In this document: piece after piece, positions 11,246 through 21,753 of the stretch
How the letters are laid out: each line of letters begins with the position of its first letter
How positions within the stretch are numbered: the first letter of the stretch is position 1
Source: Dehalococcoidia bacterium
GTDB lineage: Bacteria > Chloroflexota > Dehalococcoidia > Bin125
Length of the DNA: 64,000 nucleotides
Direction: 5' to 3'
Assembly: GCA_963662615.2 (NCBI GenBank)
Contig: CAXXSR010000001.1
Coordinates: forward strand, 256,001 to 320,000
Notes under the pieces: generated by a model
Database searches by the model: none
What the model was told of the DNA's origin: nothing
What the model saw: only the letters and a program-made list of their open reading frames with translations
Position numbers and translations under genes: made by a program

Positions 11246-12185
11246 CTAGGCCGCCGCGTCGTTGGCCGGCTCCGCCGGTGTCGAGCTGGCGGGGCTGTAC
11301 CACTGAATGGAGCGCTCGTTCGCATTCTGGATGAAGTCGCGAACGCGCTCTTCAATCTCTGCACGCCCGCCCAGGCGCCGGTGCACCACGGCGAAGATCG
11401 GGTCGTTGGTGGTGGAGCTGTACTGCGACGGATAGACACGCGCGCCCTCGTCGGTGTCCAGGCCGCACCAGAGGCGATGACGGTGACAGAGGGCGTTGGC
11501 GTGTGCGACCACGTAGGTCAGTCCGCTGCGGTCGGCCGTGATCGCCAGGTCGTGGTGGTCGGCAATGGCCTCGCGCACGTTGTCGGGAAAGTGCCAGCGT
11601 TGCGCGAGACCGGCGCCGACCTGGGCGTGGTCGTAACCGAACTGGCTGCGCTCCACATCAATCAGCGGCCGGGCTTCCTGCAGGGCCAGGTACAGTGCAC
11701 GGCCGAAGGCGTCGGCGGCGTACTGGCTCAGCACCAGCCGACCCACGTCGTGGAGCACGCCGGCGGTGAACGCCTCGTCGGGGCGGGCGTGGCGGCTCTC
11801 GCGCGCCATCGCCTCGGCCGCCAGCGACGCTGTGGCCCCAGAAGAGGTCGCCGTTGAAGCGGCTCTCGCTCGACACCGTGATCAGGTCGAGGATGGACGC
11901 CGCGATGGCCATCGACCGCACGGAGCGAAAGCCGATCAGCACCACGGCATCGCGGACCGTCGCGATGCGACGGGGAAAGCCGTAGGAGGCCGAATTCGCC
12001 AGCCGCAAGATCTTCGCTGTGAGCGCCGTGTCCGTGGCGATGATCGCGGCGAGATCGTAGGCGGAGAAGCGATCGTCCTCGGTCACGCCGATCACCCGGC
12101 TGGCCGCCTGTGGGAGCGGCGCCAGCTCCTCAACGCGGTCCAGCAGCGCCTCGAGCGATGGCACGTCGGCCCGAAAAGTCGGCAC
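11246..12185 (-). pseudogene. HDOD-domain protein, frameshifted near 11825
   Basis: 5' part LAPLPQ...DTALTAKILRLANSASYG...FWGHSV; 3' part in another frame AFTAGVLHDVG...FGYDHAQVG...WHFP...IADHH; true lesion or assembly error. Confidence 0.85.
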
Positions 12186-12461
12186 GTCCCGCCCTTCGTC
12201 CCTTGAGGCAGCGCGGCACAGGCTTTCACCGCCGCCGGCTCAGCTTCAACTCTAGGGCCGTGGGCGGGCGGTGCTATCGGGGAACCCCCTAGGCGTTCTC
12301 CGGCGTCGCTGCCTCGTCCGACCCGGTTGCGGCTCTGGCGTCAGCGCGCCTCAGCCGTGGGAGGCGACGGCCGCGACGGCCGCGCCGCCGCCCCGCGGCA
12401 TGAAGGCGCCGCGCTCGTGCGCGGCGCTCCGGGCGGGCTCTGCCGAGATGCGGACGGTGCG

Positions 12462-13064
12462 TCAGGCGCTGCGGGCGGCCGCGTGGCGCGCCGCCACATC
12501 TTCCCAGTTCACGAGGTTCCAGACCGCCTTTACGAAGTCCGGCCGGACGTTCTTGTACTGGAGGTAGTACGCGTGCTCCCAGGCGTCAATGACGAGCAGG
12601 GGCGTGGAGCCGCTGGCGATGTTGCCTTGGTGGTCGTACACCTGCTCAATGATCAAGCGTTTGGAGAGGGGCTCGTACGCGAGCATGCCCCAACCGGAGC
12701 CCTGCACCGTGTTCGTGGCGCTGGAGAGCTGCTTCATGAACGCCGCAAAGCCGCCGAAATCCGCGTTGATCGCGTCGGCCAGGTCGCCCGTCGGCTCGTC
12801 CCCGCCGTGCGGGCTCAGGTTCTGCCAGAAGATCGAGTGGAGGATGTGCCCGGAGAGGTGGAAGGCCAGGTTCTTCTCCAGCATGGTGATGCCGCCGAAG
12901 TCGTCCTTCTGACGCGCTTCCATCAGCTTTTCCAGCGTGGTATTGGCACCGGTCACGTAGGTCGCGTGATGCTTGTCATGGTGCAGCTGCATGATCTCGC
13001 CGCTGATATGCGGCTGCAGCGCTCCGTAGTCATAGAGCAGATCGGGCAGGTTGTAGGTCGGCAT
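12462..13064 (-). CDS. sodA: Fe/Mn superoxide dismutase
   Basis: [47 protein letters not shown]. Confidence 0.96.
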   Translation of the reverse strand: MPTYNLPDLLYDYGALQPHISGEIMQLHHDKHHATYVTGANTTLEKLMEARQKDDFGGITMLEKNLAFHLSGHILHSIFWQNLSPHGGDEPTGDLADAINADFGGFAAFMKQLSSATNTVQGSGWGMLAYEPLSKRLIIEQVYDHQGNIASGSTPLLVIDAWEHAYYLQYKNVRPDFVKAVWNLVNWEDVAARHAAARSA

Positions 13065-13136
13065 GGCGGCCCCTTTCGTGGCGGATAGTTGAACCGCGTG
13101 GCCTGCCCGCTCTGGTCCGGGCTCCGTTGCGAGCGG

Positions 13137-13192
13137 CTCGTCGTGGGCACCTCGTCGTGGGCACCTCGTCGCGGGCAGTTCGTCGCAGGCAG
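13137..13192. repeat. 14-bp tandem repeat x4 (CTCGTCGTGGGCAC, degenerating) upstream of sod
   Basis: ctcgtcgtgggcac ctcgtcgtgggcac ctcgtcgcgggcag ttcgtcgcaggcag. Confidence 0.88.
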
Positions 13193-13242
13193 TGGCCCGC
13201 GCCATCCGGTTCTAGCACATGTGCCGACGGCTGAACAGCGGC

Positions 13243-13527
13243 TTAGAAGTCCTCGTCGTCGAAGCTGCCCAGATCCGGAGGGCCGTGGGAGTGCCCCCCT
13301 GGGCCGTGCTCGTGGCCGCCGCCGCCTCCCCCGCCGAACCCCTCATCTTCGTCGAACGAATCGAAGTTCGTCTCACCACCGCCCGTGGTCATGATCGTCG
13401 CGGTGTAGAGACGGCGCGCGCGCGCGCTGCACTGCGGACACTTCGCCGCTTGGCCCGCCTTCGAGAGGGGCCGTGTCAGCTCAAACGCGTGGCTACACTT
13501 GCCGCACTGGAATTCGTAGATGGGCAT
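13243..13527 (-). CDS. FmdB-family zinc-ribbon protein with Gly/His/acidic tail
   Basis: MPIYEFQCGKCSHAFE...CPQCS signature. Confidence 0.9.
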   Translation of the reverse strand: MPIYEFQCGKCSHAFELTRPLSKAGQAAKCPQCSARARRLYTATIMTTGGGETNFDSFDEDEGFGGGGGGGHEHGPGGHSHGPPDLGSFDDEDF

Positions 13528-13603
13528 CGATGGCGACTCCTCGGCCTACTCTCGCGTCTGGCCGCAGGGCAGTCTAGCGCACCCGGCGCGCCCGTTCGAC
13601 CGC

Positions 13604-14305
13604 CTACCCAGGGGGCAAACGCCGGCGGCGAAAGGAGTGCGTGGCGTAGGCGACGCCCTCCTCAATGGTGAATCCCCCTTGGCCCGCCAGCAGTTCGTTG
13701 GAGACGCCCTCCCCGCGGCCCAGCACGAGCGTGGCGCCGGCCAACGCCCAGCGCAGCCCCGTTGTGCTGACGCCACGCACCGTCTCGCTCAGGGGTATCA
13801 GCGACACATAGTCGCCCGTTTCCCCCCGGAAGCGCACCGAGCGCCGCCCCCCAGGGTCCTCCGCCTCACGGCCCGCCGGCAGCGCGCGCAGGCCCACCGC
13901 CTCGGTCCAGCCGTCAATGACGACGAGCGGAAGACGCGCGAACTCTGCGCCCACGGCGTACATCAAGTTGCTCAAGCTGTGATCAAGGCGCTCGCCGCCG
14001 TGTGCCCCCAGCAGGACCACTTCCGTTGCACCCCGCTCCACGGCCAACTCCAGGGCCACCTGCCCGTCCGTCTTGTTCTGCGGATCGGGATGGGGGAGCA
14101 CGTCGCAGCCGGCGCGGCGCAGATCGGCGAGCCGCTCTGGCGGCACCGAATCGAGATCGCCGATCACCAGCGCCGGCCGGATGCCGCAGTCCGCCAGCCG
14201 AGCGGCGCCGCCATTGGCGCCGATGATCAAGTCCGCGTCCGCGATCCGATCGCGCAGCAGCGCCGTGTCCTGCATGGAGCCGCCCAGCGCCACCACCACC
14301 TTCAT
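13604..14305 (-). CDS. thiN: Thiamine diphosphokinase
   Basis: IGANGGA, IGDLDS, KTDGQVAL, GGERLDHSLSN, TTGLRWAL, GVSNE. Confidence 0.88.
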   Translation of the reverse strand: MKVVVALGGSMQDTALLRDRIADADLIIGANGGAARLADCGIRPALVIGDLDSVPPERLADLRRAGCDVLPHPDPQNKTDGQVALELAVERGATEVVLLGAHGGERLDHSLSNLMYAVGAEFARLPLVVIDGWTEAVGLRALPAGREAEDPGGRRSVRFRGETGDYVSLIPLSETVRGVSTTGLRWALAGATLVLGRGEGVSNELLAGQGGFTIEEGVAYATHSFRRRRLPPG

Positions 14306-14366
14306 GGGCCCGTCATTCCCAGTCGGGACGCGCCGCCGCCCGCCGGCCCCCTGAAGCCGGGAAAGC

Positions 14367-15077
14367 CTAGGCTTGTGCCGGCAGGCTCTGCAACTGCTCA
14401 ACCACTTCGGCCGTGGTCTGCACGGAACTCGCGATCATGCGGAAGTTCAGGAGGGCGGCCTGGTAGAAATCTCCGCCGGGGAGCTGAGCGCCCGCGGTCG
14501 CGTCCTTCACCACTGCCACCTCAAAGCCCTGCTCCACCAACTCACGCATGTGCGATTCCACGCAGAGGTTGGCCGACATGCCCGCCAGGATGACCTTGTC
14601 GATCCCCCGCTTGCGCAGCTGCAGCACCAAGTCGTTGGACTCGGGACCATAGACCTTGTGCGGGCTCGTCACCGTGACTCCCTCCGCTTCCAGGTACGGC
14701 TTGAGCGAATCCGCCCAGTCGGCGCCGGAGCCGCTGAACTGGTCCAGGGAGAGCGGGCCTGCGCGGTCGAACATGGTGATGGCGTGCATCATTTTTTCCA
14801 CCGCGCCGCCGAACGCCCATTGGTGGTCTTGGGGGTAGTAGTAGTGGGGCGAGACGACGATCGGCAGGCCGGCGTCCCGCGTCGCCTTGAGCAGCTGCTC
14901 CAGGTGCTCAACCGTGTGGTTTTCCTCCACGCTGGCGCCCACGACGCCCTAGGCGACCCCGCCGGGCGAGAGGAAGTCGTTCTGGGGATCGGTAACCACC
15001 AGGGCCGTGCAACTCGCATCAATCTCGAAACCTGGGTTGGGAAGCAAGTCGTCGTAGGTCTGCTCTGCTGGGGCCAT
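14367..15077 (-). pseudogene. Isochorismatase-family cysteine hydrolase interrupted by in-frame TAG at 14949-14951
   Basis: ALVVTDPQNDFLSPGGVA*GVVGASV...SPHKVYGP...AGMSANLCVESH; both halves share one frame; the family typically has Trp (GVAWGVVG) here. Confidence 0.85.
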
Positions 15078-15421
15078 GTCCGTATCCTTTCCCTTTTCCT
15101 TGCCCAACGCTCGCTTGACGGGGGTCAGCAGCCGGTTGATCGTGCTCACGCGCCCCCCCAACCGTGCGCCTGTGGAGCGCTGCCGACGCCTCCCTGGGCG
15201 CCGTCCGTTCGTGACCCGTGACGGCGAACAGCATACCGGACTAGCGCCCGCGCGATCTTGACGGCGTCTGGCATCGCTTCGAGCAAGCCACGCCTCTGGC
15301 ACTCCGGCCGCGCTACGATGGGGACCCTGACTCGGCCCGCCCGGCGAGGCTGCGTCGGGTCTCTGGTACGGCGGCTGCCTCGCAGTTGGGCAGGCGCCGT
15401 CGTCAGAGGAGAGGCTCGACA

Positions 15422-15757
15422 ATGCAGTTGAACCGATCCAGCACCGATGCGCGAACATACCGCGAGAGCCCTGACGTCATGTACGAGAGCAGCCTCGAGG
15501 CTTTGGCGGCGAGCAACTTCAAGCTCCTTGAGGATTCGCCGCAAGACGGCATGATTCGGGGCCAGAAGCGCATCAATCTATTGACTTGGGGCGAGGACGT
15601 CGAGGTTCTCATCGAGGGGCAGGATGACCGCACGGAAGTCACGTTCCGCTCCCAGTCCCGCGGCTCCCTCTTGGATTGGGGCACGAACGGCCGCAACGTC
15701 CGCAAATTCTTCAAGGAGCTGGACGAGGCCCTGGCCGAGACCCTGGCCGGCTCCTAG
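15422..15757 (+). CDS. Hypothetical protein, DUF1499-like
   Basis: WGEDVEV...TEVTFRSQSR...DWGTNGRNV pattern; GAGG RBS upstream. Confidence 0.7.
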   Translation: MQLNRSSTDARTYRESPDVMYESSLEALAASNFKLLEDSPQDGMIRGQKRINLLTWGEDVEVLIEGQDDRTEVTFRSQSRGSLLDWGTNGRNVRKFFKELDEALAETLAGS

Positions 15758-15811
15758 GCGGCACACCCCAGGGCAGTCGCAGGCGCCGGCCGCGCGACGA
15801 TCGCGGCCCGC

Positions 15812-16873
15812 CTAGGCTGAGACGCGCCCTGCGGCCATGAGGTACGTCACCGCGTCGCCGAACGCCTCGTCCAGCGGACTCTGCGGCAGGCCCAGCTCCT
15901 CCACCGCCTTGCGACAGTCGAACCAGAGCCGGTGCCGCGCCAGCCGCACCCCGGCGATGGGCGCGCGCGGCGGATGGCCCCGGAGCCGGCTGACCAGCCG
16001 CTCATCGATCTGCGCGTAGCCCAGCGCCAGCGCGAACGGGAGCGGCAGCGGCGGCAGCGGCCAACGCCTCCTCGCAGGGCGCGCTTCCTGGCGTGCTCTC
16101 CCGCCCTCCGAATGACGCGCGGCTGCCGCCGCCCGCCGGATCACCTCATGCAGCGTGAGATTCCCCTCCCGATGCCCCAGGATGTAGCGCTCGCCCACCG
16201 CCCCCCGGCGCCACGCCAGTACGTGGCCGCGGGCGACGTCACGCACATGCACGACGTTCAGCCCCGCCGACCGCAGATAGCCCGGCATGGCGCCGTTCGC
16301 CGCGTCCCTGATCAGCCGTCCGGAAGGCGTTGGCTTCGCGTCCAGTGGGCCGATGGGCGTCGTCGGATTGACGACGACCGCGGGCAGGCCATCGCGCTGC
16401 ACCATGTCGTGCACCAGCCGCTCAGCCAGATACTTGCTCTCCTCATAGGGGCCGGGCAGGTCGCGAGCTTCCGGCCAATCGCTCTCGCTGGCGGGCGCGT
16501 CATCAGCGCGGGCGTGCCCGACCGCCGCGATCGATGACGTATACACGACCCGTTCCACCCCCGCCGCCAGCGCCGCTTGCATGAGCGCCCGCGTCCCCTG
16601 CACGTTGACTTGAAAGAGGAGCGGTCGCCGGCGCAACCGCAGGTCGTACAGCGCGGCGACGTGGAACACGACGTCCGCGCCGGCCAGCGCCCGGCCAAGC
16701 GATCCGGCGTCCCTCAGATCGCCCTCCACGCGCTCCACCGCCAGACCGTGGAGGTTGCGAGCGTCGGCGCCGGCACGAACGAGCGCCCGCACGTCCACGC
16801 CCTCCTCCAGCAGCGCCCGCACCACGTGCGCGCCGATAAACCCCGTGCCCCCGGTCACGAGCGCCTGCGTCAT
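15812..16873 (-). CDS. hpnA: Hopanoid-associated NAD-dependent epimerase/dehydratase
   Basis: LVTGGTGFIG, VFHVAALY, YTSS, YEESK, VNPTTPIGPLDAKPTPSG; adjacent to hpnH/hpnG. Confidence 0.85.
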   Translation of the reverse strand: MTQALVTGGTGFIGAHVVRALLEEGVDVRALVRAGADARNLHGLAVERVEGDLRDAGSLGRALAGADVVFHVAALYDLRLRRRPLLFQVNVQGTRALMQAALAAGVERVVYTSSIAAVGHARADDAPASESDWPEARDLPGPYEESKYLAERLVHDMVQRDGLPAVVVNPTTPIGPLDAKPTPSGRLIRDAANGAMPGYLRSAGLNVVHVRDVARGHVLAWRRGAVGERYILGHREGNLTLHEVIRRAAAAARHSEGGRARQEARPARRRWPLPPLPLPFALALGYAQIDERLVSRLRGHPPRAPIAGVRLARHRLWFDCRKAVEELGLPQSPLDEAFGDAVTYLMAAGRVSA

Positions 16874-16880
16874 TGCATCC

Positions 16881-17633
16881 TCAGCCGCCGGCCGCCGCGA
16901 CCAGCGCCTCCAGCGCCCCGTCGATCGATCGCACCGCCGCGCGGCGCTGGCGCGCCAGTCGCAGCAGCGAGTAGGAGAGGGTAGGCCGCCGCACGAGCGC
17001 CCGCGTCACCTCGACAGCGCCCGGCCGGCGCCAGTCCCACGTCACCACCTGGGCGGGCAGGGTCGCCTGTGTGGGGTCCAGCACTGCCCGAATCGACGCG
17101 AAGGGGACGTGCATCTCCTCGGCCGCGAGCGCCCAGGTGTGATCCTCCATCTGTGCCACCAGCGCCCTGGTGTCGCGATGGCGTTGCCGCTTCTCCGCCG
17201 CGGTGAGCACTGGGCCGTCCACGGTGATCGTCTCGCCCGTGCGCACGGCGATGCCGGCTTGGCTGAGGGCGCTTTCAACGAATCGGGAGAATTCCCGCTC
17301 CGCCCGCAGCGGCGGCCCCGCGCTTCCTCCGTCCCGGCGCAGATGGCGGACTCGCTCGGCCAGCACCAGCTCGCCGGCGGCGAGGGCAGGGCTCAGTCCC
17401 GCGGCGACACCCGTTGCCAAGATCCCTGTCGCCGGCGGCGACATCTGGGCGAGTTGGGTGGCGGCCAGCGCTGCCCGCTCGGCGCCCGGCCCCGATACGA
17501 TCACCCGCACTTCCACGGCCCCGCGGCTGCCCCAGACCGCCCAGCCTTCGCCGGCCTCCGTGTGCCGCCGACCGCGCAGCCGCCCCGCGAAGCGCGACGC
17601 TTCCCACGGCAGCGCCGTCACGATCGTCAGCAT
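16881..17633 (-). CDS. hpnG: Nucleoside phosphorylase superfamily protein, probable hopanoid-associated HpnG
   Basis: VTALPWEA, SGPG, GVAAGLSPALAAGELV, QMED, IRAVLD; lies between hpnH and hpnA. Confidence 0.72.
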   Translation of the reverse strand: MLTIVTALPWEASRFAGRLRGRRHTEAGEGWAVWGSRGAVEVRVIVSGPGAERAALAATQLAQMSPPATGILATGVAAGLSPALAAGELVLAERVRHLRRDGGSAGPPLRAEREFSRFVESALSQAGIAVRTGETITVDGPVLTAAEKRQRHRDTRALVAQMEDHTWALAAEEMHVPFASIRAVLDPTQATLPAQVVTWDWRRPGAVEVTRALVRRPTLSYSLLRLARQRRAAVRSIDGALEALVAAAGG

Positions 17634-17771
17634 GCCCGCAGTGTCGCACGCCGACGCCGGAGTCTCCGCCGGCCACCCAGTGACCCGTCGGCTGAGCGCA
17701 GGACAGGCACGTGCAAGACGAACGGTGAGCCGAACGCGAATGCATCCCTTGCGGGCGCCATCCGGTTAACG

Positions 17772-17796
17772 AAAAAGGCCCGGCGCCTGCCGGGCC
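17772..17796 (-). terminator. Intrinsic terminator after hpnH
   Basis: GGCCCGGC-aggc-GCCGGGCC followed by TTTTT on the minus strand. Confidence 0.8.
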
Positions 17797-17837
17797 CCGC
17801 CTGCTCGCGACACGAATGCGCGCTCCGCGACGGCGGC

Positions 17838-18845
17838 TCAGGAAAGCGCGCCTCTGAGTGCGCGCAGCCCCCGCAGCGGGTTCGTTGAGGCGTCGATCAC
17901 CGCGGTCGCTTCAAAGCCAGAATGCACCATGCACTGCTGGCACTTGGGGTTGCCGCTTTGCGGTCCGTAGTTCTCCCACTCCGTCTCTTCCAGCAGCTCC
18001 TGGAACGTGTCGGCATAGCCCTCGTCCAGCAGGTAGCAGGGCCGTTGCCAGCCCAGGACCGAGTAGGTGGGGTTGCCCCAGGGCGTGCACTCGTAGTCGA
18101 TCTCGCCCTGGAGGAAGTCCAAGAACAGCTGGCTGTGATTGAACGACCAGCGATCCGGTTGGTCCCGCAGGATCTCGCGGAAGAGCTCCTTCGTCTGCTC
18201 ACGCTGGAGAAAGTGCTCCTGATCGGGCGCTTTCTGGTAGGCGTAGCCGGGGGAGATCATCAGCCCGTCCACGCCGATCTCCGTCATCACGTCGAACATC
18301 TCGCGCACGCGCGCGGGATCCGTGCCCAGGAAGAACGTGCTGTTCGTCGTGACGCGAAAGCCGCGCTCCTTGGCCGCCTTGATCGCCTCCACCGCGATGT
18401 CATAGATGCCGTCGCGACAGACCGACTGGTCGTGCTCCTCGCGCAGCCCATCCATGTGCACGGAGAACGTGAGGTAGGGGCTGGGCTTGAAGAGGTCCAG
18501 CTTCTTTTGCAGCAAGATCGCGTTGGTGCAGAGGTAGACGAACGTCTTTCGCTCGATCAGCCCCTCCACAATGCGGCCGATCTCGGGATGGATGAGCGGC
18601 TCGCCCCCCGGAATCGAAACCACCGGGGCGCCGCATTCGTCGGCGGCGGCCCAGCACTGCTCCGGCGTCAGCATCGCCTTGAGGATCTCCTCCGGGTGCT
18701 GGATCTTGCCGCAGCCGGCGCAGGCCAGGTTGCAGCGGTAGAGCGGCTCCAGCATGAGGACGAGCGGGTACTTGTCCACGCCGTGGATCCGCTGCTGGGC
18801 AACGTACTTGCCGACCTCCACTGCCTGCCTGATGGGGATCGCCAT
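17838..18845 (-). CDS. hpnH: Adenosyl-hopene transferase (radical SAM)
   Basis: [71 protein letters not shown]. Confidence 0.96.
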   Translation of the reverse strand: MAIPIRQAVEVGKYVAQQRIHGVDKYPLVLMLEPLYRCNLACAGCGKIQHPEEILKAMLTPEQCWAAADECGAPVVSIPGGEPLIHPEIGRIVEGLIERKTFVYLCTNAILLQKKLDLFKPSPYLTFSVHMDGLREEHDQSVCRDGIYDIAVEAIKAAKERGFRVTTNSTFFLGTDPARVREMFDVMTEIGVDGLMISPGYAYQKAPDQEHFLQREQTKELFREILRDQPDRWSFNHSQLFLDFLQGEIDYECTPWGNPTYSVLGWQRPCYLLDEGYADTFQELLEETEWENYGPQSGNPKCQQCMVHSGFEATAVIDASTNPLRGLRALRGALS

Positions 18846-18980
18846 GGCGATTTCCGCGACGGGCGCGGCCGCGCGTCCGTTTCTCTCTATCCGGGGAACT
18901 ATATCACTGGCATTCGCTGGATGGGCGGGGCATGCCCCTCGCTCCCGAAGTCCCCCTACCCGCGATCGTCGTGGCGCCGA

Positions 18981-19601
18981 TCACGACCGGCCTGGCAGGA
19001 ATCGCCGTCGCGCCGCCTCGTACTCCTCCGGCGTGTTCAGATCGATGACGACCAGCGGGTCGTCTACGTCCACGAACTCCGTGCGCTCGCGATGGCGAGC
19101 GCGCACCGCCCGCAGCCCCTCCGTCTCTTCGCGAACGTCCCGCAGCTCTGCCAGCAGCGCCCCGGCGAACAGCGCCGGGTGCCCGTTCTTGCCGCCGTAC
19201 CGCGGCACGACGATCGACGCCTGGCCCCCGCGCCACCGTCCGATCAGCGAGCGCACGGTCGCCTCCAGGCAGGGCTGGTCCACGGCGGCCACCACCACCG
19301 CGTCGGCGTCGTCCGGCACGGCCTCCGCGCCGGCCCGCACCGAAGAGGCCCGCCCGCGGCGATTGTCGGCGTTCTCAACGATCCGGCAGGGCTCCGCGCA
19401 GTGGATGCGCGCGCGCACCTGCGCCGCTCCGTGGCCCATGACCACGACGACGGGCGCGCATCCGGCCGCCGTGAGCACGTCGATCTGGTGCTGCAGCAGC
19501 GGCGTCCCGCCCCAGTCCAGCAGCGCCTTGGGCTGTCCCATGCGCGTCGATTCGCCGGCTGCCAAGATCAGCCCTGCAACGACGTCCGGGCCCTCCGCCA
19601 T
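18981..19601 (-). CDS. MobA/MocA-like NTP transferase (molybdenum cofactor cytidylyltransferase family)
   Basis: ILAAGESTRMGQPKALL, DQP, GHPALF, DLNTPEEY. Confidence 0.88.
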   Translation of the reverse strand: MAEGPDVVAGLILAAGESTRMGQPKALLDWGGTPLLQHQIDVLTAAGCAPVVVVMGHGAAQVRARIHCAEPCRIVENADNRRGRASSVRAGAEAVPDDADAVVVAAVDQPCLEATVRSLIGRWRGGQASIVVPRYGGKNGHPALFAGALLAELRDVREETEGLRAVRARHRERTEFVDVDDPLVVIDLNTPEEYEAARRRFLPGRS

Positions 19602-19614
19602 CAGGTCGTGCCCG

Positions 19615-20544
19615 TCACGCGCTCGATCGGAGCGCGGGGACCACTTCCGCCCCGACGCGCCGGATCGATGCGAGGATCTTTTGCTGTCCCACCGGGAGGA
19701 AACGGATCATGACGTGGTTGAAGCCCAGCGTCTCCAGCTCCTGCAACTTGGCGATCGCCGCGTCCGCTCCTCCCACGATCAGGACGCTCGGGTCGAAGCC
19801 TCGGTAGCCCGCGGCGACTAGGGGAGCGGCGGTCGCTTCGGCCTCGGCGTCGGACTCGCCCACGTAGACGTCGCGACGCAGCGGGAACACGGACAGCGCG
19901 GCCTGCCGCTCCGCCGATGCCAGCGCTTCCGTGTACCACGCCAGCTTCGTGCGCAGAGCCTCCTCCGTCTCGCCCGGCCCGGCCAACCAGGCGTCGCCCA
20001 GCCGCGCCGCCCGCCGGATCGCGACCTTGACGTCGGCGCCGATCCAGAACTGCGGCGGCGTCGCGGGCTTCGGGTTCAGCGACACCTCGCGCAGCGACCA
20101 ACGCTTCCCCTCGTGCGAGACCCCGTCCTCGCGCAACAGCCGGCGTAGCAGCGGCAACCCCTCCTCCATCCGCTCCGCGCGATCGCGCTCGCTCGCTCCC
20201 AGGGCCGCAAACTGCTCCCTGCCCGCGCCCGCGGCCACGATGCAGTGCAGCGGCCCCTGCGCGACCGCCGCCAGCGTTCCGATCTGTTCGGCCAGCAGCA
20301 CGGGATGCCAGAGCGGGAGCAGGAAGAGCGGATAGACGGGCATAGTCCCCAGCTCGGCGAGGCATCGGGCCAGGATCGGCACGTTCTGCAGGTAATGCCC
20401 CGAGGTGGCGTGGTGGTCGCCCACGGAGAACGATGCGAAGCCGGCTTCGCGCGCCGCCGCCGCCCGCTCCACCACCCAGCCCGCCGCCGTGCGCGCGTCG
20501 GCCGAGCGGGGATGCGCCGTCGTGACCGAGAGGCCGATGTCCAC
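19615..20544 (-). CDS. LLM-class (luciferase-like) flavin/F420-dependent oxidoreductase
   Basis: AREAGF..FSVGDHH, LLPLWHPVLLAEQIGTL, PKP, AIRRAARLGDAW; GTG start inferred. Confidence 0.88.
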   Translation of the reverse strand: MDIGLSVTTAHPRSADARTAAGWVVERAAAAREAGFASFSVGDHHATSGHYLQNVPILARCLAELGTMPVYPLFLLPLWHPVLLAEQIGTLAAVAQGPLHCIVAAGAGREQFAALGASERDRAERMEEGLPLLRRLLREDGVSHEGKRWSLREVSLNPKPATPPQFWIGADVKVAIRRAARLGDAWLAGPGETEEALRTKLAWYTEALASAERQAALSVFPLRRDVYVGESDAEAEATAAPLVAAGYRGFDPSVLIVGGADAAIAKLQELETLGFNHVMIRFLPVGQQKILASIRRVGAEVVPALRSSA

Positions 20545-20658
20545 ATTGCACCCCCTGCTATACGTCGCCGCTGGCGGGCCGCCCCCACGCTGGACAAGTG
20601 AAGACGCCATCTCGGCTGATGAGGCGGAACGTCCTCGGCAACGTTCGGGATTCCTCCC

Positions 20659-21066
20659 TCAACCCGGATCTGCGGCGCCCTCGCCCCGGCGACGCTCATG
20701 ATCCGCCAGCGCCTTCTGCAACGCCCGCGCCGCCAGAACCGAGCAGTGCACCTTGCTCGCGGGCAAGCCGCCCACGGCCTCCACGAAGTCCTGCCGTGTC
20801 AGCCTGCCGGCGTCGTCCAGTGTCATGCCCGTGAGCACTTCCGTCGCCACCGAACTGGTGGCAATGGCCGCTCCACAGCCGCGCGTCAGAAACGATGCCT
20901 TGACGATCGCGCCGTCCTCCACACGCAGGAAGAGCTTCATATGGTCGCCGCAAACGGGATTGCGGTCCTCGCCCACCGCGTTGGCGTCCGGCAGCTCCCC
21001 GGCATTGCGCGGATTGCGAAAGTGATCCAGAACCGTCTCGTTGTAGGCCGTCGCGTCCGATGGCAT
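20659..21066 (-). CDS. iscU: IscU/NifU-N type Fe-S cluster scaffold
   Basis: VLDHFRNPRNAG, NPVCGD, GCGAAIATSS, GGLPASKVHCS. Confidence 0.9.
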   Translation of the reverse strand: MPSDATAYNETVLDHFRNPRNAGELPDANAVGEDRNPVCGDHMKLFLRVEDGAIVKASFLTRGCGAAIATSSVATEVLTGMTLDDAGRLTRQDFVEAVGGLPASKVHCSVLAARALQKALADHERRRGEGAADPG

Positions 21067-21264
21067 ATGGCCAGTTTACTGCCAGGGGGCGCCGTTCCAT
21101 CCAATCGACGCCGGCGCCGCCGGCCACGTCCGCCAGCCCTCGCTCGCCACCATGTCTCGTTGCCGCCGATGGCCACCGCTGATCCCATGCGCCCCTCTGG
21201 AATCGTGTTAGAATTCCTCCCTCGCACGATTCTCGCCCGTCGCGGATCCGAAGGAGAAACTGCC

Positions 21265-21654
21265 ATGGTCACGCAGGTCATCAGCGACATCAACCGCCAG
21301 ATCGTGGACGCGCTTCGCCGCGGCGACGCGGCTGCCTTCGCCGCCCTCTACACGGACGACGCCAGGCTCCTGCCGCCCAACAGCCCCACGCTCACGGACA
21401 GACAAGCCATTCAAGCGTTCTGGCAGGGCGTGATCGATCTGGGCATTAGCGACGTGACACTGGACACCGTGCAGATTGAAGAGTTGGGTGACACCGCGAT
21501 CGAAGTCGGGACCTATACGCTCGATATTCAGCCACCGGGAGGCGACGCCGCGAAGGACGTGGGCAAGTACGTCATAATCTGGAAGCGCCAGGCGGACGGG
21601 GCCTGGAAACTGGCGGTGGACATCTTCAACAGCGATCTGCCCGCCGCGGAGTAG
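21265..21654 (+). CDS. NTF2-like protein (DUF4440/YybH, SgcJ/EcaC family)
   Basis: GDAAAFAALYTDDARLLPP...GKYVIIWKRQADGAWK...DIFNSD; AAGGAG RBS. Confidence 0.88.
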   Translation: MVTQVISDINRQIVDALRRGDAAAFAALYTDDARLLPPNSPTLTDRQAIQAFWQGVIDLGISDVTLDTVQIEELGDTAIEVGTYTLDIQPPGGDAAKDVGKYVIIWKRQADGAWKLAVDIFNSDLPAAE

Positions 21655-21753
21655 AGGTTCGCACCTCCGCGCTCTTCCCACCGCAGCGGCGCTCACCGCA
21701 GGTGTGAAGGCAGGTCCGGACGGTGGAACGCCCGGGACGCGAGCCCCTCAGCC

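Noticed and set aside
15080-15420. SAH-riboswitch-like GGAGCGCTGC
   Set aside because: The downstream CCAGGCTC element is missing and the gene context does not fit
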